A stretch of DNA of 61,048 bases from NCBI GenBank assembly GCA_025923995.1, contig JAICEW010000003.1:1-61048 (forward strand), in the 5' to 3' direction. This DNA is from Vicinamibacteria bacterium (GTDB lineage: Bacteria; Acidobacteriota; Vicinamibacteria; Fen-336). The notes under the pieces are model-generated. The model saw only the letters and a program-made list of their open reading frames with translations, did not search any database and was not told where the DNA came from. Position 1 is the stretch's first letter; each line of letters starts with the position of its first letter. Both the position numbers and the translations under genes were made by a program. Below are positions 42,065-53,291 of this stretch, in pieces.

Positions 42065-43003
42065 TCAGGAACGAGCGCGGCGCGCCGGGTGTGTTACCAG
42101 CCGCTCCCGGAAGTCGGGCGGGTAGGGGCTCGTGATCGCGAGGGGCGCCCCGCTCACGGGGTGGACCAGCTCGAGCCGGTGCGCATGGAGCAGGACCCGG
42201 GGCACGTTCCGATCTCGCGGGGCGCCGTAGCGCGCGTCGCCCAGGATCGGCAGCCCGCCCTCCGCGAGCTGGATCCGGATCTGGTGCTTGCGGCCCGTGG
42301 ACGGGCGCGCCTCGACCAGCAGCGCGTGCGGCAGGGTCCGCAAGAGGTGGAACGACGTGTCCGCCCGCGGCCCGTCACCCCCCAGCGGGCCGCTCACCCG
42401 CCATCGCTCGGGGACACGGCGGGCGGGACGCGCGCAGAGCGCGTGGTAGGTCTTGGCCACGCCGACGCCCGTCGCGAACGCTCGCGCCAGCGGCGCGTTG
42501 GCTGCGGGGTCGAGCGTGAACAGCACGACGCCCGAGGTCTCCCGGTCCAGCCGCTGATGGAGGCCCAGGTACGCCTCCCCGCCGCGCAAAGACAGCTGCG
42601 CCTTCACGAGGTCGTAGAGGTTCGGCCGCGCGGCGTCCGCGGTCGCGTGCATCGGCAGTCCGGACGGCTTGTCCACCGCCAGCAGGAAGGGGTCGCGATA
42701 CAGGAAGCGCTCCGGTCCGAAGCGGAGGGCGGTCTCTCGCTCCGCGGGTGCGGGCCCCAGCCGGTCGGGGTCGACCAGGACCTCGATGCGGGTGCCGGCT
42801 CGGACCGGCCCGCCTGGCCTCCGCAGCGGCTGGCCCGCGACCCGGACCGCGCCCGCCATCACCAGCCGGCGCACGGCCGCGCGCGACACCGGTCGTTCGA
42901 GGGCCGCCGCGACCCAGGCCTCGACCAGTCGATCCAGCCTCAGGCCTGCCTCGTCCGCCGACACCGTCCGCCCGATGCGTCGCGTGGACGCGGCCCTTCC
43001 CAT
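42065..43003 (-). CDS. RluA/RluD-family RNA pseudouridine synthase with S4 domain
   Basis: RLDRL, VDKPSG, HQRLDRETSG, TGRKHQIR, ILGDARYG, LLHA. Confidence 0.92.
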   Translation of the reverse strand: MGRAASTRRIGRTVSADEAGLRLDRLVEAWVAAALERPVSRAAVRRLVMAGAVRVAGQPLRRPGGPVRAGTRIEVLVDPDRLGPAPAERETALRFGPERFLYRDPFLLAVDKPSGLPMHATADAARPNLYDLVKAQLSLRGGEAYLGLHQRLDRETSGVVLFTLDPAANAPLARAFATGVGVAKTYHALCARPARRVPERWRVSGPLGGDGPRADTSFHLLRTLPHALLVEARPSTGRKHQIRIQLAEGGLPILGDARYGAPRDRNVPRVLLHAHRLELVHPVSGAPLAITSPYPPDFRERLVTHPARRARS

Positions 43004-43055
43004 GGCGGCGGCAGCATACAGCGGGGGTGCCCCGGCTTCGCTAGAATGGCAGGAG

Positions 43056-43370
43056 ATGGCCGAGCGTGACGGAAAGACCGACGGACAGGTCCTGGAGAAG
43101 ACGCGGACGCGGACGAAGAAGCCCCAGCTCTTCCGCGTCATCCTGCACAACGACGACTACACGACGATGCAGTTCGTGATCGAGGTGCTGGAGGGCATCT
43201 TCCACAAGTCGCCGGCCGAGGCGCACCGGATCATGATGCACGTGCACACCCAGGGGCACGGCGTGTGCGGCGCGTACCCCTACGAAGTGGCCGAGACCAA
43301 GGTGGGCCAGGTGCACGAAAACGCCCGGTCCCAGGGCTTCCCCCTGCGGGCCAGCCTGGAAGAGGAGTAG
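43056..43370 (+). CDS. clpS: ATP-dependent Clp protease adaptor
   Basis: VILHNDDYTTMQFV, MHVHTQG, FPLRASLE. Confidence 0.96.
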   Translation: MAERDGKTDGQVLEKTRTRTKKPQLFRVILHNDDYTTMQFVIEVLEGIFHKSPAEAHRIMMHVHTQGHGVCGAYPYEVAETKVGQVHENARSQGFPLRASLEEE

Positions 43371-43380
43371 CGGCGAAGCG

Positions 43381-45675
<2,295 letters not shown>

Positions 45676-45701
45676 CCCGGGAGCCGTCCGCCCGGGCGGC
45701 G

Positions 45702-46391
45702 ATGCCCATCTACCGGCTCGACGAGCGGCTGCTGTTCCCGCCGGCCGAGGAGGCCGAGGACGGCCTGCTGGCGGTGGGAGGGGACCTCCGCCCCGAGCGG
45801 CTGCTGCTCGCCTACTCGCAGGGCATCTTCCCCTGGTACGAGCAGGGCCAGCCCATCCTGTGGCACTCCCCGGATCCGCGCATGGTCCTGCTCGCGTCCG
45901 CGCTGCACGTCCCGCGCAGCCTGGGCAAGACTCTCCGTCGCGGGACGTACACGTTCACCCTCGACACCGCGTTCGACGACGTGATCGCGGCCTGCGCGTC
46001 CGCGCACCGCCCCGGGCAGCGGACGACCTGGATCACCCCGGCCATGCGCAAGGCCTACGGCGCACTGCATGGCCGCGGCCTCGCCCACTCGGTCGAGGCC
46101 TGGCGCGGCGGGAAGCTGGCGGGCGGGCTCTACGGCGTCTCGCTCGGCGCCGCCTTCTTCGGCGAGTCGATGTTCACGCGCGAGCCGGACGCGTCCAAGG
46201 CGGCCTTCGTCACGCTCGTCGGCCAGCTCGTGCGCTGGGGCATCGAGCTGATCGACAGCCAGGTCTACACGGAGCACCTGGCCCGCTTCGGGGCGGAGGA
46301 GTGGACCCGACGGCGCTACCTGCGCACGCTGGCCAAGGCGCTCGAGGCGCCCACGCGGCCGGGTCCCTGGCGGTTCGAGGCCAACGCCTAG
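45702..46391 (+). CDS. aat: Leucyl/phenylalanyl-tRNA-protein transferase
   Basis: GLLAVGGDL, AYSQGIFPW, HSVEAW, GGLYG, FFGESMF. Confidence 0.95.
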   Translation: MPIYRLDERLLFPPAEEAEDGLLAVGGDLRPERLLLAYSQGIFPWYEQGQPILWHSPDPRMVLLASALHVPRSLGKTLRRGTYTFTLDTAFDDVIAACASAHRPGQRTTWITPAMRKAYGALHGRGLAHSVEAWRGGKLAGGLYGVSLGAAFFGESMFTREPDASKAAFVTLVGQLVRWGIELIDSQVYTEHLARFGAEEWTRRRYLRTLAKALEAPTRPGPWRFEANA

Positions 46392-47140
46392 GAGCGGACC
46401 TCCCAGCTCCCGTCCGCGCGCAGCAGCTCGCACGGACGATAGCCCGCCTTGTACTCCATCGTCCTGGCGCCGGCCACGTAGTACCCGAGGTAGACGTACG
46501 CCATCCCTCGCCTTCGCGCCTCGCGCAGGAGCCACAACACGTTGAACGTGCCCAGCCCGCGAACGGGAAGGTCGGCCGCGAAGTAGCAGTAGACGGCGGA
46601 CAGCGCGCGTGGCTCCACGTCCGCGATGCCCACCGCGACGAGCCGGCCGTCCAACCGATAGCAGACCTCGAGCGTCTCGATGCCGGAGACGTAGAGGAAG
46701 CCCTCCAGCTCTTCGCGCGATCCGCTCATCTGCCCGTCGTGGCGCTCCCGCAGGTAGAGCTCGTACAACGCGAGCTTCTCGTCGGTGAGCCGCGGAGGGC
46801 CCGTCGCGATCTCGAGGTCGCGATTCGTGGCCAGGCAGCGGCGTTGCGACCGCGAGGGCGCGAACGTCGCCACCGGAACCCGCAGCTGCCGGCACTCCGC
46901 GCAGGCGTCGCAGGCCGGCCGGTACACGAGCGGGCCCAGGCGGCGGAAGTTGAGGTCCATGAGGCCGCTGTAGAGGCCCGGCGGGCACGTCGTCGCCAGC
47001 AGCGTCTGGTGGCGCGCCTGCCGGCCGTCGAGGTACGGGCACGGGAACCCGGGACCGGGAGCGGGCCGCCGGCGCAGCGATCGGCGCAGGTGCTCGCGCT
47101 GGCGGTCGGTCCAGTCCGACCGCTCCGCGTCCGCGCTCAC
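46388..47140 (-). CDS. bpt: Ate1/Bpt-family aminoacyl-tRNA-protein transferase
   Basis: CPYL, FRRLG, YRPACDAC..C, LSAVYCYF, LGTF, YLGYYV, MEYK. Confidence 0.88.
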   Translation of the reverse strand: MSADAERSDWTDRQREHLRRSLRRRPAPGPGFPCPYLDGRQARHQTLLATTCPPGLYSGLMDLNFRRLGPLVYRPACDACAECRQLRVPVATFAPSRSQRRCLATNRDLEIATGPPRLTDEKLALYELYLRERHDGQMSGSREELEGFLYVSGIETLEVCYRLDGRLVAVGIADVEPRALSAVYCYFAADLPVRGLGTFNVLWLLREARRRGMAYVYLGYYVAGARTMEYKAGYRPCELLRADGSWEVRS

Positions 47141-48222
47141 GAGGCTCGTGCGCGCCGCGACGGTGCGACGTCCGCGTACACGGCATGCAGGCGGGCCATG
47201 AGCGGCTCGCGCTCGAATCCGGCCGGTGCTTCCGCGCGGCATCCGGCCAGCGCGCGGATGGCGCGCGCCAGCGCGGGCACGTCGCCCCACGACACGAGCC
47301 CGTCGCCGGGATGCCACTCGCGCACTCCCCCGCTGTCCCACGCGGCCACCGGCACGCCGCTCGCGAGCGCTTCGAGCCCCGCGATGCCGAACGGCTCCTG
47401 CCAGCGCGAGGCCATGACCAGCACACGCGCGTGCGCATGCAGCGCGGCCAGCCCGTCGCGGCCCACCCAGCCGACCACGCGCGCGCCCAGACGCTCGAGC
47501 TCCGGCCGCAGCGGGCCCGCGCCGGCGACGACGAGCGGAAGGTCCACGCCCGACTCGCGCCAGGCACGGGCGGCTTCGAGCGGGCCCTTGCCCGCGACCA
47601 GGCGGCCCACGAACAGCACGCAGCCGGGCCCGTCCGGCGCGACTCGCGGAAGGCTCCGCACGAACGGTGCGACGACAGTCACGCGCGCGCCCTCCAGGCC
47701 CGCCGCCACCAGCTCGTCGCGCATGTACCGCGAGAGCACGACGACGCGCAGCCCCGCGAGCGCCTCGAACCGCTCGCGGGTGACGCCCCGGATCTCCTCG
47801 AAGTAGGACGCGTCCTCGAAGCACGTCGCGCAGGCCTCGGGCGACGGCGCGACGCGGCAGACCTCGCCTGTGAGCGTCCACTTGCCGCGCCCGGGGCAGA
47901 AGTAGCGATGGTCCTGCACCGTGATCACGGCGTCGTGTCCGCTCGCCCAGCGCAGCACCGCCGGGTTGACCACGGTGTGCAGGTGGATCACCTCGGGCTC
48001 CAGCTCGTCAGCGAGCGCATCGAGCTCGACGGATACGCTCGTCCGCGCGTCGAGCCCCGGGACCGTGCGCACCGGGCAGGGGGATGCGATTCCCTCTTCG
48101 GCCCCTCCGACCGCGAGCGTGACCTCGTGCTCCTGCTCGACCTGCGCTTCCACCACGCCGAGCAGGTGCTGGTACGCGCCGCCGCGGGCGCTGAGGCGGT
48201 CGCCCAGGTGCAGGATGCGCAT
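47137..48222 (-). CDS. GT4-family glycosyltransferase
   Basis: MRILHL, LFVGRL..KG, EPFGIAGLEALASGVPV. Confidence 0.9.
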   Translation of the reverse strand: MRILHLGDRLSARGGAYQHLLGVVEAQVEQEHEVTLAVGGAEEGIASPCPVRTVPGLDARTSVSVELDALADELEPEVIHLHTVVNPAVLRWASGHDAVITVQDHRYFCPGRGKWTLTGEVCRVAPSPEACATCFEDASYFEEIRGVTRERFEALAGLRVVVLSRYMRDELVAAGLEGARVTVVAPFVRSLPRVAPDGPGCVLFVGRLVAGKGPLEAARAWRESGVDLPLVVAGAGPLRPELERLGARVVGWVGRDGLAALHAHARVLVMASRWQEPFGIAGLEALASGVPVAAWDSGGVREWHPGDGLVSWGDVPALARAIRALAGCRAEAPAGFEREPLMARLHAVYADVAPSRRARAS

Positions 48223-48270
48223 CGCGACCATGATGCCATGCGCGGCGGCCCGTTCGCGGATAATCCGCCC

Positions 48271-49881
48271 ATGCCCGAGGCGCCGCGGACCGAGGCGACG
48301 GTCGTGATCGAGGAGGGGCGCCGTCTCTCGGAGTCGCTCATCTGGCGGCTGCAGCGCGGCTTCTACGCGCGCGCGGGGCTGGCCGCCTGGAAGCCGAAGG
48401 CGGTCCCGTTCTACATCACCAGCAACGCGTTCACGGCGCGCGCCTACGCGCGCACCGTGGCCGGGTTCCTGCGCGACCTGGTGGCCGCCGGGCAGGTCGA
48501 CCGCACGGCGCCGGTCCACCTGGTCGAGCTGGCGGCGGGCTCGGGCCAGTTCGCCTGCTTCTTCCTCCGCCGGCTGGCCGAGATCCAGGAGGAGGTGCCG
48601 TCCCTCGCCGGCCTGGACCTCCGCTACGTCATGACCGACTTCGCGGAGAGCAACGTCGCGGCGTGGGAGGCGCACGAGAGGCTGGCTCCGTTCCAGGACC
48701 AGGGGCGGCTCGACTTCGCGCTGTTCGACCTGGAGCGCGACCGCGAGCTGCGGCTGCGCCGCGCCGGGGTCACGCTGTCGGCGGGATCCGTGGCCAACCC
48801 GATGGTGCTCCTCGCGAACTACGCGTTCGACTCGACCACCCAGGACGCCTTCCAGGTGCAGGACGGCGTCCTCCACGAGCGGCTGGCGCGCGTGCTCTCG
48901 ACCCAGGAGGAGCGGGACCTGGACGATCCCGGCCTGCTCCAGCGCATCCAGGTGCGCTACGACCTGGCGCCGGTGGACGAGACCAAGCGCTACGAGGACC
49001 CGCGCCTGCGCTCCCTGCTCGAGGGATACCGGCGCGACTACGCGGAAGCCTCGTTCCTCCTCCCGCTGGGCGCGTTCCGCTGCGTGCGCACCTTCGAGGC
49101 CCTGTGCGGCGGGCGGCTCCTGCTGCTGACCGGGGACAAGGCGATCACGCGCGACGACGAGATCGAGCACGCGAAGGACCCGACGTTCTACATCCACGCG
49201 GGCGGCGCGTTCTCGTTCCTGGCCAACCTGCACGCGCTCGCACGCGGCTTCGAGCAGGCCGGCGGCACCGCCCTCGTGGTGGACCGCCGGGACCAGCGGC
49301 TGAAGGTGGCCGCCCTGCTCACGGCGTTCCCCGGCGTGGAGTGGGACGAGACGCGGCTCGCCTTCCGCCGCTCGCAGGAGGACTTCGGGCCCGCGGACTA
49401 CCACGCGCTCGTGTTCGGGCTGCGCCAGCAGAACGCGACGATGCCGCTGCAGGTGATCCTCTCGCAGCTGCGCCTGGGTGGCTGGGACTACGAGCTCGTC
49501 TTCTCCTGGCGGGACCCGATCGTGAAGCTGGCGCCGCAGGCGCCGGCGTGGCAGCAGGCCGACCTGGCCGACGCGCTCGAGCGCGTGTGGGAGGAGTACT
49601 ACCCGCTCCAGCGCGACCTGGCGTTCGAGCTGGCGCGCATCTTCGTCGTCCTCAAGCGACCCCAGCAGGCCCTGCGCTTCGCCCACGAGTCCCTGCGGAC
49701 GCACGGCCCGCACGAGCTCACGTACCTTTCGATCGCCTACTCGTGCGTGCTGCTGGGCCGCCACGCCGAGGCCGTCTCCTGGCTCGACCGTGCGCTGGAG
49801 CTCACGCCCGACAACCCCGCGGTCGCCTCGCTGCGGGCGACCCTGCTCAAGGGCAGCGCGGGTTCCGGGCCGGACGCCTAG
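48271..49881 (+). CDS. SAM-dependent methyltransferase (MidA/NDUFAF7-like) with C-terminal TPR
   Basis: VPFYITSN, LVELAAGSGQF, YVMTDF, ANYAFDS; TPR tail ALELTPDN. Confidence 0.7.
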   Translation: MPEAPRTEATVVIEEGRRLSESLIWRLQRGFYARAGLAAWKPKAVPFYITSNAFTARAYARTVAGFLRDLVAAGQVDRTAPVHLVELAAGSGQFACFFLRRLAEIQEEVPSLAGLDLRYVMTDFAESNVAAWEAHERLAPFQDQGRLDFALFDLERDRELRLRRAGVTLSAGSVANPMVLLANYAFDSTTQDAFQVQDGVLHERLARVLSTQEERDLDDPGLLQRIQVRYDLAPVDETKRYEDPRLRSLLEGYRRDYAEASFLLPLGAFRCVRTFEALCGGRLLLLTGDKAITRDDEIEHAKDPTFYIHAGGAFSFLANLHALARGFEQAGGTALVVDRRDQRLKVAALLTAFPGVEWDETRLAFRRSQEDFGPADYHALVFGLRQQNATMPLQVILSQLRLGGWDYELVFSWRDPIVKLAPQAPAWQQADLADALERVWEEYYPLQRDLAFELARIFVVLKRPQQALRFAHESLRTHGPHELTYLSIAYSCVLLGRHAEAVSWLDRALELTPDNPAVASLRATLLKGSAGSGPDA

Positions 49882-50624
49882 GGCTGTGGCTGGCGCAGCC
49901 GGCGCGAGATCCAGACCGTCCGGTGCGCTGCGGTCACGAACGTTCCGGCGGCGATGAGGGCCAGGATCCAGGTGGAGAGGCTCCCCAGCGGCAGGCCCCA
50001 CCGCGCGGCCACCATGCGGTCCAGCCAGCAGGACAGGATGGTCAGCACCAGCCGCTCGGCGCGCTGCATGAGCCCTTCCTTGCAGAGCACGCCCAGCGAC
50101 TCGCCGCGCGCGCGCGTGTAGCTCACGAGGAGCGAGCCGGCCATGGCGGCCGCGGCGATTGCGGAGCCGTACGGCGTCCGGCGCAGGAACACCGCGAAGC
50201 CGAGCAGCGCGAACACCTCGACGAAGCGGTCGAGCGTGCTGTCGATGAACTTGCCGTACTTCGAGTCGACCTTGGTGGCTCGCGCCACCCGGCCGTCCAT
50301 GATGTCGCACACGCCGCCCGCCGCGATGGCCCAGCCGCCCGCTTCCAGGTGGCCCAGGGCGATCAGGACGCCGCTCACGGCCCCGCACACGAGGCCCGCG
50401 ACGTTGAACACGTCCGGCCCCCAGCCCGCGCGCAGGGCCAGGCGGTCGAGCGGGCCCAGCACCCACATGAACCAGTGCACGAGGAAGTTGCCCGCTCCCA
50501 GGGCGAACTGCGCGCCCTTGCGCTCGGCGTCGGCGTCCACGCGGCGGCCGGCCACGGCGTAGGCGGCCATCGACACCAGGGCCAGCCCCAGCACGACCAC
50601 GAACGCCAGCACGCTCCCCTGCAT
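49878..50624 (-). CDS. CDP-alcohol phosphatidyltransferase (PIP-synthase-like)
   Basis: DIMDGRVAR...GKFIDSTLDRF; SYTRARGESLG...GLMQRAERL. Confidence 0.9.
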   Translation of the reverse strand: MQGSVLAFVVVLGLALVSMAAYAVAGRRVDADAERKGAQFALGAGNFLVHWFMWVLGPLDRLALRAGWGPDVFNVAGLVCGAVSGVLIALGHLEAGGWAIAAGGVCDIMDGRVARATKVDSKYGKFIDSTLDRFVEVFALLGFAVFLRRTPYGSAIAAAAMAGSLLVSYTRARGESLGVLCKEGLMQRAERLVLTILSCWLDRMVAARWGLPLGSLSTWILALIAAGTFVTAAHRTVWISRRLRQPQP

Positions 50625-51604
50625 CAGCGGTCCTTGTGGCGGAAGTAGCGGAAGACGCGCGGCCACAGGAACAGGAGCGGAAGCCGCCGCTCCCGTGGCG
50701 TCAGCTCGATGTCCTGGCCGCTGTGGCGGCGGACCTTGCGCAGGATGAACTCCAGCCAGTCGTCGAAGGTCACGACGTACTTGGCCCAGCGTGCGGTCGC
50801 ACGCACCTTGGACCACTTGAAGTAGAACGCGAGCCGCAGCCGCTCGAGCCGCCCGGCCGGCTCCGCCACGGCGAAGACGCCCGGCTCCACCTCCCGCAGC
50901 GCTCCGCTCGCGCACAGCTCGCGCAGCAGGACGCCGTAGACCGGCCGCAGGTAGTCCTGCTGCGCCTCGAACAGCGCGCGGGTGCGGTCGCTCGACTCGG
51001 GGCGGAACTCCGCGGCGAAGGAGACCCGCAGCATCGTCCGGCAGTACTCTTCCACGTCGAAGCGCGCGGGCAGCCACGGCCGCGCCCACTCGTACGTGAG
51101 GGCGTGCGCGCCGGCCAGGGCGTCCACCACCTCCTCGCGCGCGGCCTGCTCCGGGGCCGCCGCGATCTCGGTCTGCTGGCACAGCCGGCCCAGGAAGAAG
51201 TGGTCGTGCCGCCGGCGCGACGTCTCGCGCAGGAACGCGGACAGCGACACCACCGCGCACTTGGCCCGCGCACCGCGCCCGTCCGGCAGCGTCATCGTGA
51301 TCCCGATCTGGTTGGGCGGCAGAGGCGCGTTCAGCGCGGCGACCAGCCACGCGGGGCGCCGGAGCGCGCCGTGGGCGCGCAGCGACGCGTAGAAGGGGCC
51401 GTACCCGCGCACGATCACGAAGAAGTCGTACGCGCTCCAGGCGTCCGGACTGGCGCGCGACTTGCGCGAGCCGAAGAACACGACCGCCGCCACCGACCCG
51501 CCGCCGCGCTGGCACAGGCCTGCCGCCAGCTCCGCCGCGTCGCCCCTGGGCGTTCCGCACACCCGCTGGCGCACGGCCTCGCGCAGGGCGTCAAGCGGCG
51601 CCAT
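50624..51604 (-). CDS. Tam41/Mmp37-like lipid-phosphate cytidylyltransferase (NTase fold)
   Basis: FFGS..YDFFVIV; AKCAVVS...FFLGRLCQ; VSFAAEFR.E parallel the Tam41 motifs YGS, IDF, KYGVVS, LAGRLQK, LSYxGDxR. Confidence 0.65.
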   Translation of the reverse strand: MAPLDALREAVRQRVCGTPRGDAAELAAGLCQRGGGSVAAVVFFGSRKSRASPDAWSAYDFFVIVRGYGPFYASLRAHGALRRPAWLVAALNAPLPPNQIGITMTLPDGRGARAKCAVVSLSAFLRETSRRRHDHFFLGRLCQQTEIAAAPEQAAREEVVDALAGAHALTYEWARPWLPARFDVEEYCRTMLRVSFAAEFRPESSDRTRALFEAQQDYLRPVYGVLLRELCASGALREVEPGVFAVAEPAGRLERLRLAFYFKWSKVRATARWAKYVVTFDDWLEFILRKVRRHSGQDIELTPRERRLPLLFLWPRVFRYFRHKDR

Positions 51605-52361
51605 CGGCCCTCATCCGCGAGAGGTGCTCCTGGATGCGCGCGCGCAGCTCCTGCACGAACGCGGGCACGTCCTCTTCGCGCGCCGGAGGCGCGACGGTGC
51701 CGAGCGCGTCGGTGCGCACTGTCAGCCCATGCACGTTGAACACGAAGTCCACCAGCCGGCGCGTCTTCCAGCCTCCGTCGGTCACCACGATCTGTACGGG
51801 CATGGGGTGGGCCCCCAGCGTGGCCTGCGCTCCGCCCGTCTTGAACGGCTGGACCTCGCCGTCCTTGCTGCGGTGTCCCTCCGGGAACAGTATCAGGCCG
51901 TGGCGCTGCCGCGGCGCCGCCTCGCGCACGGCGGCCAGCGATCCGCGCGGGTCGCGCTTGGGGTCCACGATGGGCCCGCCCAGCATGCGCACGCAGGGCG
52001 ACACCGCGGGGATGAACCGCGCGTAGCGCGAGCGCGTGACGAACGCGGGCACGTACGGCTCCGACATCATGGTGAGGCTCAGGATGTCGACGAGCGACTG
52101 GTGGTTCATGACGATCAGGACGGGCGACTCGGTGCGGATGACGCCTGTGCGCACGAAATGGGCGCCCCCCAGGCGCAGCAGGTGCAGGAGGCCGCCCGCC
52201 ATGATCTTCATGTAGCGCGAGAGGTAGGCGCGCTGTCGCGAGGGCCGCAGCAGCGCGGCGGGCCGCAGCCACAGGTACATCATCAAGGGGCCTGGGATGA
52301 CGAGGTAGATGAGGACCGCCAGGACCGACAGGACGCTCCTGAGCGCTCGGAGGAGGGCCAC
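51591..52361 (-). CDS. PlsC-family lysophospholipid acyltransferase
   Basis: NHQSLVD (HxxxxD), LFPEGHRS, FKTG. Confidence 0.88.
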   Translation of the reverse strand: MALLRALRSVLSVLAVLIYLVIPGPLMMYLWLRPAALLRPSRQRAYLSRYMKIMAGGLLHLLRLGGAHFVRTGVIRTESPVLIVMNHQSLVDILSLTMMSEPYVPAFVTRSRYARFIPAVSPCVRMLGGPIVDPKRDPRGSLAAVREAAPRQRHGLILFPEGHRSKDGEVQPFKTGGAQATLGAHPMPVQIVVTDGGWKTRRLVDFVFNVHGLTVRTDALGTVAPPAREEDVPAFVQELRARIQEHLSRMRADGAA

Positions 52362-52372
52362 GCCGCTCCCCG

Positions 52373-53281
52373 CTAGGCGCCGGCGGACGCCGGCACCAGG
52401 ACGCGCAGCGCGCGCGGCAGCGTCTCGATCTCGAGCTCGGCGCTCTGGGCCTGGTTCCACTCGCCGTCCGTCTCGTAGGCCGGCGGGCGGTCGAAGCGGA
52501 GGCGGAACGACGTCCCGGCGAAGCTGGCGACGCTCGCGGCGCGCGCGTGCGTGCCGCGCAGCAGGCGCACCAGCAGCTCCACGCGCCCGGGCAGGCGAGC
52601 GTTGCCGAACGAGCTCACGTCCAGCCTCCCGTCGCCCAGGTCGGCCCCGGGCGCGATCTTGAAGCCGCCGCCGAAGACGCGGCCGTTCGCGAGGATCAGC
52701 ATCAGCAGGTCCCGCCTGCCCTGGCTCACGCCGTCCGCCTCGACCTCGACCGAGAAGCCCCGGTACGAGCCCAGCTGCTTGAGCGCGCAGTACAGGTACA
52801 GCAGCTCGCCCTGCAGCCACGTGACCCGCCAGGAGTCCTCGATGACCGCGATGTCGTAGCCGAAGCCGGCGCAGTTGAGGAAGTATCGTCCCTCGATGCG
52901 CCCGACGTCGATCGCGCGCACCACGCCGTCGTGCACGATGGCGGCGCAGGCCGCCACGTCCTTCGGGGGGATGCCGAGCGACTTGGCCAGGTCGCAGCCG
53001 GTGCCGCCCGGCACCAGCCCCAGGGCCACGGGCTGCCCCGAGCGCAGGACGCCGCGGGCCACGTTGCTCCACGTGCCGTCACCGCCCACCGCGACCACCT
53101 TGCGGAACCCGCTGGCCACGGCGCGCTCCGCCAGCTCCGCCTCGTGCCCGGCCTGCGCCGTGAGCGCGTGCTCGATGGTCGTGCCCGGACGCGCGAGCGC
53201 CTCCAGCACCGGCCGCACCAGGCGTGCGCCGCGCCCCTTCCCGGACCTGGGGTTGAAGACGACGAAGACCGGCTCGCCCAA
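52373..53281 (-). CDS. Diacylglycerol/sphingosine/ceramide kinase family lipid kinase
   Basis: NPRSG, VGGDGT, PGGTGCDLA, NGRVFGGG, TDGE. Confidence 0.92.
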   Translation of the reverse strand: MGEPVFVVFNPRSGKGRGARLVRPVLEALARPGTTIEHALTAQAGHEAELAERAVASGFRKVVAVGGDGTWSNVARGVLRSGQPVALGLVPGGTGCDLAKSLGIPPKDVAACAAIVHDGVVRAIDVGRIEGRYFLNCAGFGYDIAVIEDSWRVTWLQGELLYLYCALKQLGSYRGFSVEVEADGVSQGRRDLLMLILANGRVFGGGFKIAPGADLGDGRLDVSSFGNARLPGRVELLVRLLRGTHARAASVASFAGTSFRLRFDRPPAYETDGEWNQAQSAELEIETLPRALRVLVPASAGA

Positions 53282-53291
53282 GCGGACGGCC

